A stretch of DNA of 64,000 nucleotides, from the NCBI GenBank assembly GCA_965261735.1, contig OZ253470.1, forward strand, positions 1,664,001 to 1,728,000, read 5' to 3'. The notes under the pieces were generated by a model. It did not search any database and had not been told where the DNA came from. It saw only the letters and a program-made list of their open reading frames with translations. The position numbers and the translations under genes were made by a program. The DNA is from Alphaproteobacteria bacterium (lineage in GTDB: Bacteria; Pseudomonadota; Alphaproteobacteria; SHVV01). This document shows, in pieces, positions 27,746-36,728 of this stretch. How positions within the stretch are numbered: position 1 is the first letter of the stretch; every line of letters begins with the position of its first letter.

Positions 27746-28546
27746 ATGGCTCGAAGCATTCTGCTTCACTTCAGCGGCGACGAGCGCCACGACGTCAAGA
27801 CCGGCGTCGCCATCAAGATGGCGCGCCTTCTCGGCGCCGGTATTACCGGGCTCTACGTCAACGACCCGCAATACGGCCCGCGCCTGCCCGAGGGATTCGT
27901 GGGCGAGGAGGCCGAGGCGATACGCGCCCGCATGGAGGCGGTCCGAGGCGGCTTCCAGAACGCGACCAAGCTCAACGAGGTGGCGGCCGAGTGGCACGTC
28001 CAGCGGGACGAGGCGCGCAGCGCCATCGCCTTCTACTCGCGCTTTGCCGATCTCGTCGTGATGGGCCAGTCGGCGCCCAAGGACGCGGACCAGCCGCACG
28101 ATCTACCCAACGACGTGGTCATGGCGGTCGGCTGCCCGCTGCTCGTCGTCCCGCATGCGGGCGCGTTCGAGTCGGTGGGTGCGCGCGTCCTGGTCGCGTG
28201 GAACAACAGCCGCGTCGCCAGCCGCGCGCTGGGCGATGCGATGCCGATCCTCGAGCAGGCGGAAGAGGTCACGGTGCTGAGCGTCAACGCCAAGTCGACC
28301 GACCACCCGACGAGCGCCGACATGCGCGATTACCTGGCGCAGCGCGGTATCACGGCCCAAGCGGAGAACATGGTGACGCGCAAGCTCGACACCGGCAGCG
28401 CGCTGCTCTCGAAGGCCCATGACCTTGCCATCGACCTCATCGTCACCGGCGCCTACGGCGGCTCGCGCATCCGCGAAAGCCTAGTCGGCGGCACCACCCG
28501 CCACCTGTTCGAGAACATGACCCGCCCCGTCCTGTTCTCGCACTGA
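27746..28546 (+). CDS. universal stress protein (two-domain)
   Basis: ADLVVMGQ, VLVAWNNS, DLIVTGAYGGSRIRE..GGTTR, RPVLFSH. Confidence 0.92.
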   Translation: MARSILLHFSGDERHDVKTGVAIKMARLLGAGITGLYVNDPQYGPRLPEGFVGEEAEAIRARMEAVRGGFQNATKLNEVAAEWHVQRDEARSAIAFYSRFADLVVMGQSAPKDADQPHDLPNDVVMAVGCPLLVVPHAGAFESVGARVLVAWNNSRVASRALGDAMPILEQAEEVTVLSVNAKSTDHPTSADMRDYLAQRGITAQAENMVTRKLDTGSALLSKAHDLAIDLIVTGAYGGSRIRESLVGGTTRHLFENMTRPVLFSH

Positions 28547-28597
28547 GGCGAGGGAGCATGTCGTGCACAGCACAAATCTACCGCGCGGAGCAACACG

Positions 28598-28966
28598 ATG
28601 ACCGACGTACCGAACCCGACCGAGGTCGTCGAGGCTTATGTCAAGGCTGTGCGTGCAAGCGACCTCAACGGTCTGCGTGCCGTGTTCGCGGACGATGCAG
28701 AGGTATTCAGCTTGCCGATGGAGGGGATGGAGAGCGGCCACCTAAAAGGCGTCGATGCCATCGTTGCCTTTTTTGGAAAGCTGCTCGAAGACCGCGGCGG
28801 TGCCGATCCCCATCCCGGCCCGCTGATGGTGGACGGCGACCACATCGCCGTCGAAATCGACGCGCATCACCGCGACTATATCGAGGAGGTCTCCGACTTT
28901 TTCACGGTCAAGAACGGCGAGATCGCCCGCCTCGCGGTCTATTGCGGCCGCAAACGCCCGAAATAG
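28598..28966 (+). CDS. SnoaL-like/NTF2 domain protein, copy 1
   Basis: VVEAYVKAV..DL..L..VFADDA, GVDAIVAFF, DFFTVKNGEIARL. Confidence 0.85.
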   Translation: MTDVPNPTEVVEAYVKAVRASDLNGLRAVFADDAEVFSLPMEGMESGHLKGVDAIVAFFGKLLEDRGGADPHPGPLMVDGDHIAVEIDAHHRDYIEEVSDFFTVKNGEIARLAVYCGRKRPK

Positions 28967-29154
28967 GACGACCCGGATTTGGCCATCGATCTCATGGTCA
29001 TCACCGTCGCCTACGGTGCCTCGCGCATCCGCGATAGCCTCGTCGGCGGCGCCACCCGCCACCTCTTCGAAAACATGACCCGCCCCGTCCTGTTCTCGCA
29101 CCGAGGGGGCGAGCCAGTCGTGCACGGCACAAATCTAGCGCGGGGAGCCACACG

Positions 29155-29505
29155 ATGACCGACGCACCAAGCCCGACCGAGGTCGTCGAGGCGTATGTCG
29201 AGGCAGTGCGCGCAAGCGACCTCAACGGTCTGCGTGCGGTGTTCGCCGATGACGCCGAAACGTTCGGCTTGAGCGGCCACACAAAAGGTGCCGATGCCAT
29301 CGTCGCGTTTTACGGCAAGCTGCTCGAAGAGCGCGGCGGTGCCGATCCCCATCCCGGCCCCCTGATGGTGGTCGGCAATCAAGTCGCCGTCGAAATCGAC
29401 GCGCATCACCGCGACTATATCGAGGAGGTCTCCGACTTTTTCACGATCAAGAACGGCAAGATCACCCGCCTCGCCGTTTACTGCGGCCGCAAACGCCCGA
29501 AATAG
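29155..29505 (+). CDS. SnoaL-like/NTF2 domain protein, copy 2
   Basis: Paralog of 28598-28966 lacking PMEGME. Confidence 0.85.
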   Translation: MTDAPSPTEVVEAYVEAVRASDLNGLRAVFADDAETFGLSGHTKGADAIVAFYGKLLEERGGADPHPGPLMVVGNQVAVEIDAHHRDYIEEVSDFFTIKNGKITRLAVYCGRKRPK

Positions 29506-29574
29506 GCGCGGCATCGTCCGGCCGGCCGGCCGACGCCCGCCGGTGCGGCCCCACAAGGGCGGCTTGCCGATGCC

Positions 29575-30413
29575 CTATGAGAACTTGCGTGGCCCTGGAT
29601 CGCGCAGGATCAGCATCGCCGCGCATACGATCGCCGCGCCATATTTGTTGTACTCGTCGTAGTCGATGGGCGTGACCTCGACACCGGCCTTGCGCACCTC
29701 GGCAATCGTCTTCTCGGCGCGCGCATGCATCATGACGTGGCCCGGTTCGAGCGTGACGGCGGCAGCGGCCGAATGCTTGATCTGTTCTTCGAGGTCGGCC
29801 TCGACGATCTTGTAGCCCATCTTGCGCAACCAAACGTGGGTGTCGATGTCGATGCCGGGCGTGTGGACCAGGACCTTATCGCTGTCCAGCGCGCTAATGA
29901 CCATCGCCCCATGGGTGTTGGCACCGGTGTGCTTGTCGAAGTAGCGCCAGCCTGGTGTGCGGATCGGCTGAATGTGCAGTGTTTCGCCACAGACGCGCTT
30001 GAGCACGGGCGCAACTTGAGCGAGCCCCTCCCAGTTCGCGTCAACGCCGATCCCCCGGGCGAACACGTCGTCGGCGAGCCATTGGCTCGCCACCCAGACG
30101 CCCTTTCCGGTCACCGTGAGGAGCGGCGGGATGCCGAGATTCCAAAACGCCCAGCGTGCGAGGTATTCGGCGCGCCCGAGGCCGGCGGTGGGCGCCAGCG
30201 CGTAGCCTTTCTTGGGAATAATCGAGCCGCCCGGCACGATCATCAGCTCCGATCCCGAGTGCATGTTCATCATCCGGCCGAACGCCGCCATCGGCTTCTC
30301 GGGATATTCGATCCAGTAGACCTTGACATCGTTCTCTTCGAATTTCTCGGCGGACGCATAAGCCTCGTCCTTGAGCTTCCCGACGTCAACATTGTCCGAG
30401 AGCAGGAAGAAGC
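29575..30413 (-). pseudogene. amidinotransferase/arginine deiminase superfamily protein, 5'-truncated
   Basis: Frame open up to the IS1595 end; AVTLEPGHVMM, LRKMGY, IDYDEYNKYGAAIVCAAMLILRD C-terminal motif. Confidence 0.72.
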
Positions 30414-30466
30414 CTTGCCTATCCCGTTAACGCCCATGACCGCTACATGTAGGGTGCCACCACTCT
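30414..30466 (-). mobile_element. IS1595 right-end fragment (copy D)
   Basis: CTTGCCTATCCCGTTAACGCCCATGACCGCTACATG matches the 3' end of the full copies. Confidence 0.88.
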
Positions 30467-30467
30467 G

Positions 30468-31082
30468 TGCGCGGCGTGAAGCTGGTGATCTCCGACGACC
30501 ACAAGGGCCTGAAGGCCGCCGCGACCCGGATCCTCGGCGCCACATAGCAGCGCTGCCGCGTGCACTTCGCCCGCAACCTGCTGGCCCATGCCGGCCGCCA
30601 GGGCCGGCGCGTCGTCTCCGCCTTCGTCGCCACCGCCTTCGCCCAGGAGGACGCCGACAGCGCGAAGGTCCAGTGGCGCCAGGTCGCCGACCAGCTCAGG
30701 CCCAAGGTGCCCAAGCTGGCAGTTCTCATGGACGAAGCCGAGCACGACGTCCTCGCCTACATGAGCTTCCCCAGGGAGCACCGCCAGAAATTGCACTCCA
30801 CAAACCCGATCGAACGGCTCCATGCCGAGGTCAAGCGTCGCACCAACGTCGTCGGTATCTTTCCCAACGAAGCCGCCATCACACGGCTCGTCGGCGCCAT
30901 CCTTCTCGAGCAGAACGACGAGTGGGCCGTCTCAAGGAGATACATGACGCTGGAATCCATCGCTCCGCTGAGCGATGGTGTCCCCATCACGCTGCCCACC
31001 GTGGCAGCCTGAACGTCCCGGCCCTACCCGCCGGGAGCCGCGTAGAGCGCAACGCTCTTACACCACTCCGCGGGACACGATC
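30468..31082 (+). mobile_element. IS256 3' fragment (transposase pseudogene plus right TIR)
   Basis: Matches the 3' portion of the full copies; TGG>TAG at 30545; carries 15 bp (VATAF) absent from the full copies. Confidence 0.9.
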
Positions 31083-31183
31083 CCATCTCGGACGATTTCC
31101 ACGATTCGAGCAGGAAGTGATCGCCGTTTCGAACAACAAGGTTGCGAAAGGTTCGGGGAGGTCCGAAGGCGGGATGAACGAAC

Positions 31184-32286
31184 CTTGCCTATCCGGTTAA
31201 CGCCCATGACCGCTACATGTAGGGTGCCGCCACTCTCCCGAGTAAAGCTCGGCATAGGTTGGAGCAGAGGTGTCGCCCGCGATGCCGAGCAATGAGCGGA
31301 AGGCGTTGAACGGGTAGAACCGCCTGTTGAAGCGGAAGGTGAACTCGTTGAGGTAGGCTTGTAGGTGCTGGTGGCTAACGCCGTGGTGGATATCGATCAG
31401 CCACGTCTTCAGGTTGGCGAAAACCAGATGGATGATCGGCAGGTATTGCTCGGCAACCTCTGGATCACCACACTCGGCAACAGCGAAGTGCTCATAGCCG
31501 CGCTTACCGAGGCCAGCATAGCCGCTCCAATCGTCAGTAACGATCAGCGATCGCGGCGCGACGGTGCTCTCGACGAACCCACAGAGCGACTCGGCGCTAC
31601 GGTCGAGCACGACGGCGAGCCGAACGCGTCCGGCATAGCGTCCGTCTTTCCGGTTGTCGAGCTTGGTGCCCGGCTTTCGATGACGCACCTCGATGGCACA
31701 GGAGACGGGAACCTTGTGGTGAACACCACGGCCTTCCCCACGCGTTCGCCCGCCAACCCAGGTTTCGTCCACCTCAACATGGTTCTTGGGCTGTCCACCG
31801 ATCCTGTCTTGGTTGGGCCGCACCATGCCCGAGCGGAGCTTGTGGAGAATTTGAAAGGCCGTCTCGTAGCGCGAAAGACCAAGTTGCCGCTGAAACTGCA
31901 CGGCGGACATGCCGGGCGTCTGACTGGCGACCAGATAAGCGGCCCAGAACCAGACGTTCAGCGGAGTGTGGCTACGCTCCATCACTGTTCCCACCGTCAG
32001 CCCGGTGTTCTGGCGGCACTTGCGGCAGCGCAGGACGCCAGGGCGGTTTTCAAAGTGGAACGGCTCTCCCGCCGTGCCGCAGTGCGGGCAGGCAAAGCCG
32101 TCTCCCCAGCGGGCTTTCTCCAGGTAGGCGGCGCAGGCCGCATCATCGGGGAAAAGTCGCTGGAACTCGGGTAGCGAATGCGGGAATGGGAGATCGGCGC
32201 GGTCGAGAACATCCATGGCGCGCTCCCCTATATCCGGGTTGCGCCCATTCTAGTCCTAGTGGGTGAGTGTAAACCGGATAGGCAAG
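31184..32286 (-). mobile_element. IS1595-family element, copy E
   Basis: TIRs plus 8-bp target duplication GAACGAAC (31176-31183, 32287-32294). Confidence 0.95.
31197..32216 (-). CDS. IS1595-family transposase
   Basis: Near-identical to copies A and B (WLIGIHH > WLIDIHH). Confidence 0.95.
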   Translation of the reverse strand: MDVLDRADLPFPHSLPEFQRLFPDDAACAAYLEKARWGDGFACPHCGTAGEPFHFENRPGVLRCRKCRQNTGLTVGTVMERSHTPLNVWFWAAYLVASQTPGMSAVQFQRQLGLSRYETAFQILHKLRSGMVRPNQDRIGGQPKNHVEVDETWVGGRTRGEGRGVHHKVPVSCAIEVRHRKPGTKLDNRKDGRYAGRVRLAVVLDRSAESLCGFVESTVAPRSLIVTDDWSGYAGLGKRGYEHFAVAECGDPEVAEQYLPIIHLVFANLKTWLIDIHHGVSHQHLQAYLNEFTFRFNRRFYPFNAFRSLLGIAGDTSAPTYAELYSGEWRHPTCSGHGR

Positions 32287-32705
32287 GAACGAACTGGCTC
32301 CACGGCACCCCGTCCCGGTTGGCGAGGAGTTCGGGCCGCAAATGTTTGCAGCCGGCGGCATTTATCAGCGCCGGTAGGTAATCCAACGCACCCTGCGCAA
32401 AGCGAAAGTCGCGTAGATAGCTCGTCTCGGCGGGGCGTGCGCGCTTGAGCGCACGCAAGGCTAAACAGTACCCGGCTTTCGTTTGGTAGACCCAGTGGGA
32501 ATCTTCGTCGCTGTTTTCGTATTGGTAGCCCTCATCGGTCCATTTCAAGTAGGCGACGCAATTACCGATGGGCTGCGCATCGAGCGAGCCCCACTCGCCC
32601 GGATAGGCGGCCGCACCCGTGCCGATCATGCGGCGGCCGAACTTGTGGAAGCGCGCCCGCTTGCCCTCGGGAAACGGGCGCGCGAGCGCCGCGTCGATCT
32701 CGTCG

Positions 32706-34139
32706 GATCGTGTCCCGCGGAGTGGTGTAAGAGCGTTGCGCTCTACGCGGCTCCCGGCGGGTAGGGCCGGGACGTTCAGGCTGCCACGGTGGGCAGCGTG
32801 ATGGGGACACCATCGCTCAGCGGAGCGATGGATTCCAGCGTCATGTATCTCCTTGAGACGGCCCACTCGTCGTTCTGCTCGAGAAGGATGGCGCCGACGA
32901 GCCGTGTGATGGCGGCTTCGTTGGGAAAGATACCGACGACGTTGGTGCGACGCTTGACCTCGGCATGGAGCCGTTCGATCGGGTTTGTGGAGTGCAATTT
33001 CTGGCGGTGCTCCCTGGGGAAGCTCATGTAGGCGAGGACGTCGTGCTCGGCTTCGTCCATGAGAACTGCCAGCTTGGGCACCTTGGGCCTGAGCTGGTCG
33101 GCGACCTGGCGCCACTGGACCTTCGCGCTGTCGGCGTCCTCCTGGGCGAAGGCGGAGACGACGCGCCGGCCCTGGCGGCCGGCATGGGCCAGCAGGTTGC
33201 GGGCGAAGTGCACGCGGCAGCGCTGCCATGTGGCGCCGAGGATCCGGGTCGCGGCGGCCTTCAGGCCCTTGTGGTCGTCGGAGATCACCAGCTTCACGCC
33301 GCGCAGCCCGCGCCGGGCCAGCGAGCGCAGGAACTCGGTCCAGAAGGTCTCGGCCTCCGACGCGCCGATCGCCACGCCCAGGACCTCGCGGCGGCCTTGG
33401 TCGTTGACGGCCACAGCCACGGTCACCGCGACCGAGACGATGCGTCCGGTCTGGCGCACCTTCACGTAGGTGGCGTCGAGCCACAGATAGGGCCAGTCGC
33501 CCTCCAGCGGTCGATCGAGGAAGCCGGTGACCTTATCGTCGATCTCGCCGCACAGCCTGGAGACCTGGCTCTTGGAGGCGCCCGACATCCCCATCGCCTG
33601 AACCAGATCGTCGACCGAGCGGGTCGACACCCCCTGGATGTAGGCCTCCTGGATCACCGCAGCCAGCGCCTTCTCGGCCATCCGCCGCGGCTCCAGGAAG
33701 CCCGGGAAGTAGCTTCCCTTCCTCAGCTTCGGGATCTTCAGCTCGACCGTGCCGGCCCGCGTCTCCCAGGACCGGTCGCGGTAGCCGTTGCGATGGGTGA
33801 TACGATCCGCCGAGCGCTCGCCGTGCCCGGCGCCGGTCAGGCCCTCAACCTCCAGTGCCATCAGCCGCTCGGCCGTGAAGCCGATCATCTCGCAAAGCAG
33901 ATCGGCATCGGAGCTCTTCTCCAAAAGCGCGCGCAGGGTCATCATGTCCTGGGTCATCGTGGTTCTCCTTCGGGTCAGGTTGGTTTGCACTAGCCTAACC
34001 CTAAACCGGAACCGCGATGGCCTCCGCTGTGGATAGCCGGCTTGCCTACGCCAGACTCTCGGCGGTCGCTACGGCAAGCCGCCTACCCACAGCTAACAGA
34101 GGCTCCAACAACTCCTACACCACGTCCTGGGACACGACC
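32706..34139 (-). mobile_element. IS256-family element, copy 2
   Basis: TIRs plus 8-bp target duplication TCTCGTCG (32698-32705, 34140-34147). Confidence 0.95.
32776..33957 (-). CDS. IS256-family transposase
   Basis: Same translation as 7249-8430. Confidence 0.95.
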   Translation of the reverse strand: MTQDMMTLRALLEKSSDADLLCEMIGFTAERLMALEVEGLTGAGHGERSADRITHRNGYRDRSWETRAGTVELKIPKLRKGSYFPGFLEPRRMAEKALAAVIQEAYIQGVSTRSVDDLVQAMGMSGASKSQVSRLCGEIDDKVTGFLDRPLEGDWPYLWLDATYVKVRQTGRIVSVAVTVAVAVNDQGRREVLGVAIGASEAETFWTEFLRSLARRGLRGVKLVISDDHKGLKAAATRILGATWQRCRVHFARNLLAHAGRQGRRVVSAFAQEDADSAKVQWRQVADQLRPKVPKLAVLMDEAEHDVLAYMSFPREHRQKLHSTNPIERLHAEVKRRTNVVGIFPNEAAITRLVGAILLEQNDEWAVSRRYMTLESIAPLSDGVPITLPTVAA

Positions 34140-34370
34140 TCTCGTCGAGGCTTTCAAGCCCAAGCTCGGGCGCCCACCATACGGGGTAGGTCTCGCCGGC
34201 CCGCGCGCCGCCGGAGGCCGCGACGGCGGCGAGAACCAAGCCAAGGGCTAGCGCCCATTCGGCTGCGTTGCTCATCAGGCGTCTCCGATTGTTTGGAGCA
34301 GGACATCTCTACCATGACGCTCGATTGGGGCAAAAGGTGGGCTGGTTGACCTTTGCGGCAACAGTCTCGC

Positions 34371-35120
34371 CTAAGCCCGCCCGAGGCGCGCAACCGCCAA
34401 GTACGGGTGTGGCACGCCCTTCCGGTTGGCGATGATCACCGTCGGCAGAAACTTGCAGCCAGCAGCATCCACCAGCGGCGGAAGGTAGTCCAACACATTC
34501 TTCGTAAAGCCGAAGTCGCGCAGATAGCTCTTAGTGGCGGGGCGTGCCCGCTTCAGCGCTCGCAGGGCGTAGCAGTACGCCGCCTTTATTTGGGGCTTAC
34601 ATACTTAACTTGACAGGCGGCAATCCTGCGCTCGCGTCAGTCGGTACGAACGTAACACAACAGCCCAAGACCGGAAAAACCACTCTTCGGCGACCGCATT
34701 GCAGCTAAGACGGGGGCCACGGCAGCCGGCGAACCTGCCCGTCAAGCTAAGTATGTAAGCCCCCTTTATTTCATAGACCCAATAGGAATCTTCGTCGGTG
34801 TTTTCGAATTGGTACCCCTCGTCGGTCCATTTCAGGTAGGCGACGCAGTTGTCGATGGGCTGCGCATCGAGCGAGCCCCACTCGCCCAAATAGGCGGTCT
34901 CGCCTTCGCCGACCATGTGGCGGCCGAACTTGTGGAACACCGCGCGCTTGCCCTCGGGAAACCGGCGGGCGAGCGCCGCGTCAATCTCGTCGAGGTTTTC
35001 AAGCCCAAGCTCGGGCGCCCACCACACTGGGTAGGTTTCACCGCCGCTGGCGCCACCGAGCGCCGCCCCGCCGCCGAGAAACAAGCCTAGAGCCGCTGCC
35101 CATCCGGCTGCTTTGCTCAC
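34371..35120 (-). pseudogene. secreted protein paralog 2, interrupted by a MITE and internally deleted
   Basis: ...SYWVYEIK[MITE]AAYCYALRALKRARPATKSYLRDFGF...ANRKGVP, then HPYLAVARLGRA*. Confidence 0.86.
34592..34763. mobile_element. 172-bp MITE (probably IS1595-related, distinct from copies A-E)
   Basis: TIR GGGGCTTACATACTTA(A/G)CTTGAC(A/G)GGC; 8-bp duplication CTTTATTT (34584-34591, 34764-34771). Confidence 0.9.
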
Positions 35121-35337
35121 CAAGGTTCCCCGCCTGTTTGGACCAGGATATCTACCATGACGTGCGATTGGGGCGAAAGAAAGGCCTGCCGTGCAGCACC
35201 GGAAGGTGGCGGCGGCGGAATCGCATCGCACGCAGCCGAGCGAGGACCGTAACCGATGGGGTGGACGCCCCTCCCGACGGCATCGCGATGTGCCAGGTTG
35301 GCGGTGTTGTTAACGCCAAGCGAGGAAGGGGGCGTCC

Positions 35338-36360
35338 ATGGAACAGGTTCACATGATCGGGATCGATCTGGCGAAGAACAGCTTTCAGCTGCACGGTGCG
35401 CGGGCGGATGGGTTGGTTGCGTTCCGCAAGAAGCTGAGCCGGGCGAAGCTGTTGGACTTTGTGGCTGCGCAGCCACGCTGCACGGTGGCGATGGAGGCGT
35501 GCGGCGGCGCGCACCATTGGGGCCGGGAGATCGGCAGTCTCGGCCATGCGGTGCGACTGGTCCCACCGATCTACGTCAAAGCGTACGTCAAGCGGCAAAA
35601 GAACGACGCGTCGGATGCGGAGGCGATCTGCGAGGCGTCGTCGCGGCCGACCATGCGCTTTGTGGCTGTGAAGACGGAGGAACAGCAGGCTCGGGGCATG
35701 CTGTTCCGGACGCGCGATCTTCTGGTGCGCCAGCGCACCCAGACGATTAATGCGCTGCGCGGCCATCTGGCGGAGTTCGGTGTCATTGCCCCACAGGGGC
35801 CGGCTCATGTCGGCCGGCTGACCTCGGCGCTTGAGGGACCGGCTTCGAGGTTGCCGGAAGCGGTCCGCGAGCTGGCCGGCCTTCTGCTTGAGCAGATCGC
35901 CGGCCTCGATGCGAAGATTGCGGGCCTGGAGAGGGAGGTCCACGTGAGAGCACGGCAGGATGAGGAGGCGAGGCGCCTGATGAGCGTGCCGGGGATCGGG
36001 CCGATCAGCGCGATGGCAATCCAGGCCTTCGCACCGCCAATGGAGAGTTTCCGGCGCGGCCGCGACTTCTCCGCTTGGCTCGGCCTCGTGCCGCGCCAGC
36101 ACACGACCGGCGGCAAGCCGAAGCTGGGCAAGATATCGAAGATGGGCCAGCGCGATCTGAGACGGCTGCTGATCACAGGCGCGATGACTGTGGTCCGCTG
36201 GGCGGTTCGGCGCGGCGTGACGACGGACCCCTGGCTGGCCGGGATGCTGGCGCGCAAGCCGAGGATGCTCGTCGCGGTGGCGCTGGCCAACAGGATGGCG
36301 CGCATCGTCTGGGCGCTACTGACGAAGAAGGAGAGCTACCGGGCTCCCGCCACCGCCTGA
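35338..36360 (+). CDS. IS110-family recombinase/transposase
   Basis: IGIDLAK, MEACGG, KNDASDAEAI, VPGIGP, AWLGLVPRQHTTGGK. Confidence 0.96.
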   Translation: MEQVHMIGIDLAKNSFQLHGARADGLVAFRKKLSRAKLLDFVAAQPRCTVAMEACGGAHHWGREIGSLGHAVRLVPPIYVKAYVKRQKNDASDAEAICEASSRPTMRFVAVKTEEQQARGMLFRTRDLLVRQRTQTINALRGHLAEFGVIAPQGPAHVGRLTSALEGPASRLPEAVRELAGLLLEQIAGLDAKIAGLEREVHVRARQDEEARRLMSVPGIGPISAMAIQAFAPPMESFRRGRDFSAWLGLVPRQHTTGGKPKLGKISKMGQRDLRRLLITGAMTVVRWAVRRGVTTDPWLAGMLARKPRMLVAVALANRMARIVWALLTKKESYRAPATA

Positions 36361-36613
36361 GAGAACGGCGAAGTGCGGGAAGCCGTCGGGGATGTGGGCA
36401 GGACGGAGGACAGGTAAGGGCAAAGGTCAACGAGACCGGGTTGGGAAAACCAGCATCCGAACGGAGAGCTTTCAAGCTCGCGTAACCGATTTGGACCCAA
36501 TCCGCGTATCTCCATACGGGCCCGCGGCGTGTCATCTGCCGCATAGAGAGGCCGGACACACGACAGCACCTGACCGCATGCACCGAGCCGACCAAAAACT
36601 GCTTGCATCAACG
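36361..36613 (+). ncRNA. putative bridge/seek RNA of the IS1111 element (boundaries approximate)
   Basis: Non-coding stem-loops containing CGTAACCG (left target plus core) and ACACACG (right end plus core). Confidence 0.7.
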
Positions 36614-36728
36614 GGGGCGTCCACACACGGGCGGTGCGGGAGATGTTCGAGAAGGCGCTGAAGCAGGAGCCGTTCTTCGTCCACCCGACGTGCAAGAAGC
36701 CCTTGAAGACCCTGCACAGCCGCGGCCG

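Larger units (their letters stand above)
28427..29505 (+). repeat. diverged tandem duplication (28427-28966 / 28982-29505): usp 3' tail plus SnoaL gene
   Basis: Direct alignment, e.g. AACATGACCCGCCCCGTCCTGTTCTCGCAC in both units. Confidence 0.9.
31083..34275 (-). pseudogene. secreted protein paralog 3, split by IS256 and IS1595 and 3'-truncated
   Basis: Pieces 34140-34275, 32287-32705 and 31083-31183 rejoin in frame into a homolog of 36729-37622. Confidence 0.88.
35254..36627 (+). mobile_element. IS110-family (IS1111 group) element
   Basis: Sub-terminal IRs GTGGACGCCCC (35261) / GGGGCGTCCAC (36614), 7 and 3 bp inside the ends; CG core at both junctions; long 3' non-coding region. Confidence 0.9.

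Noticed and set aside
29125-29140. sigma54-like GGCAC-N5-TAGC upstream of SnoaL copy 2
   Set aside because: Not conserved in copy 1 and the implied start would fall past the RBS
7020-30547. TAG recoding suggested by in-frame ambers in hicA and the IS256 fragment
   Set aside because: Many intact core genes (pyk, glcE, serA, gap) end in TAG; another pseudogene is broken by TAA
32228-33484. 418-aa ORF joining IS256 sequence to paralog 3
   Set aside because: Chance read-through of an IS256 alternative frame into the interrupted gene
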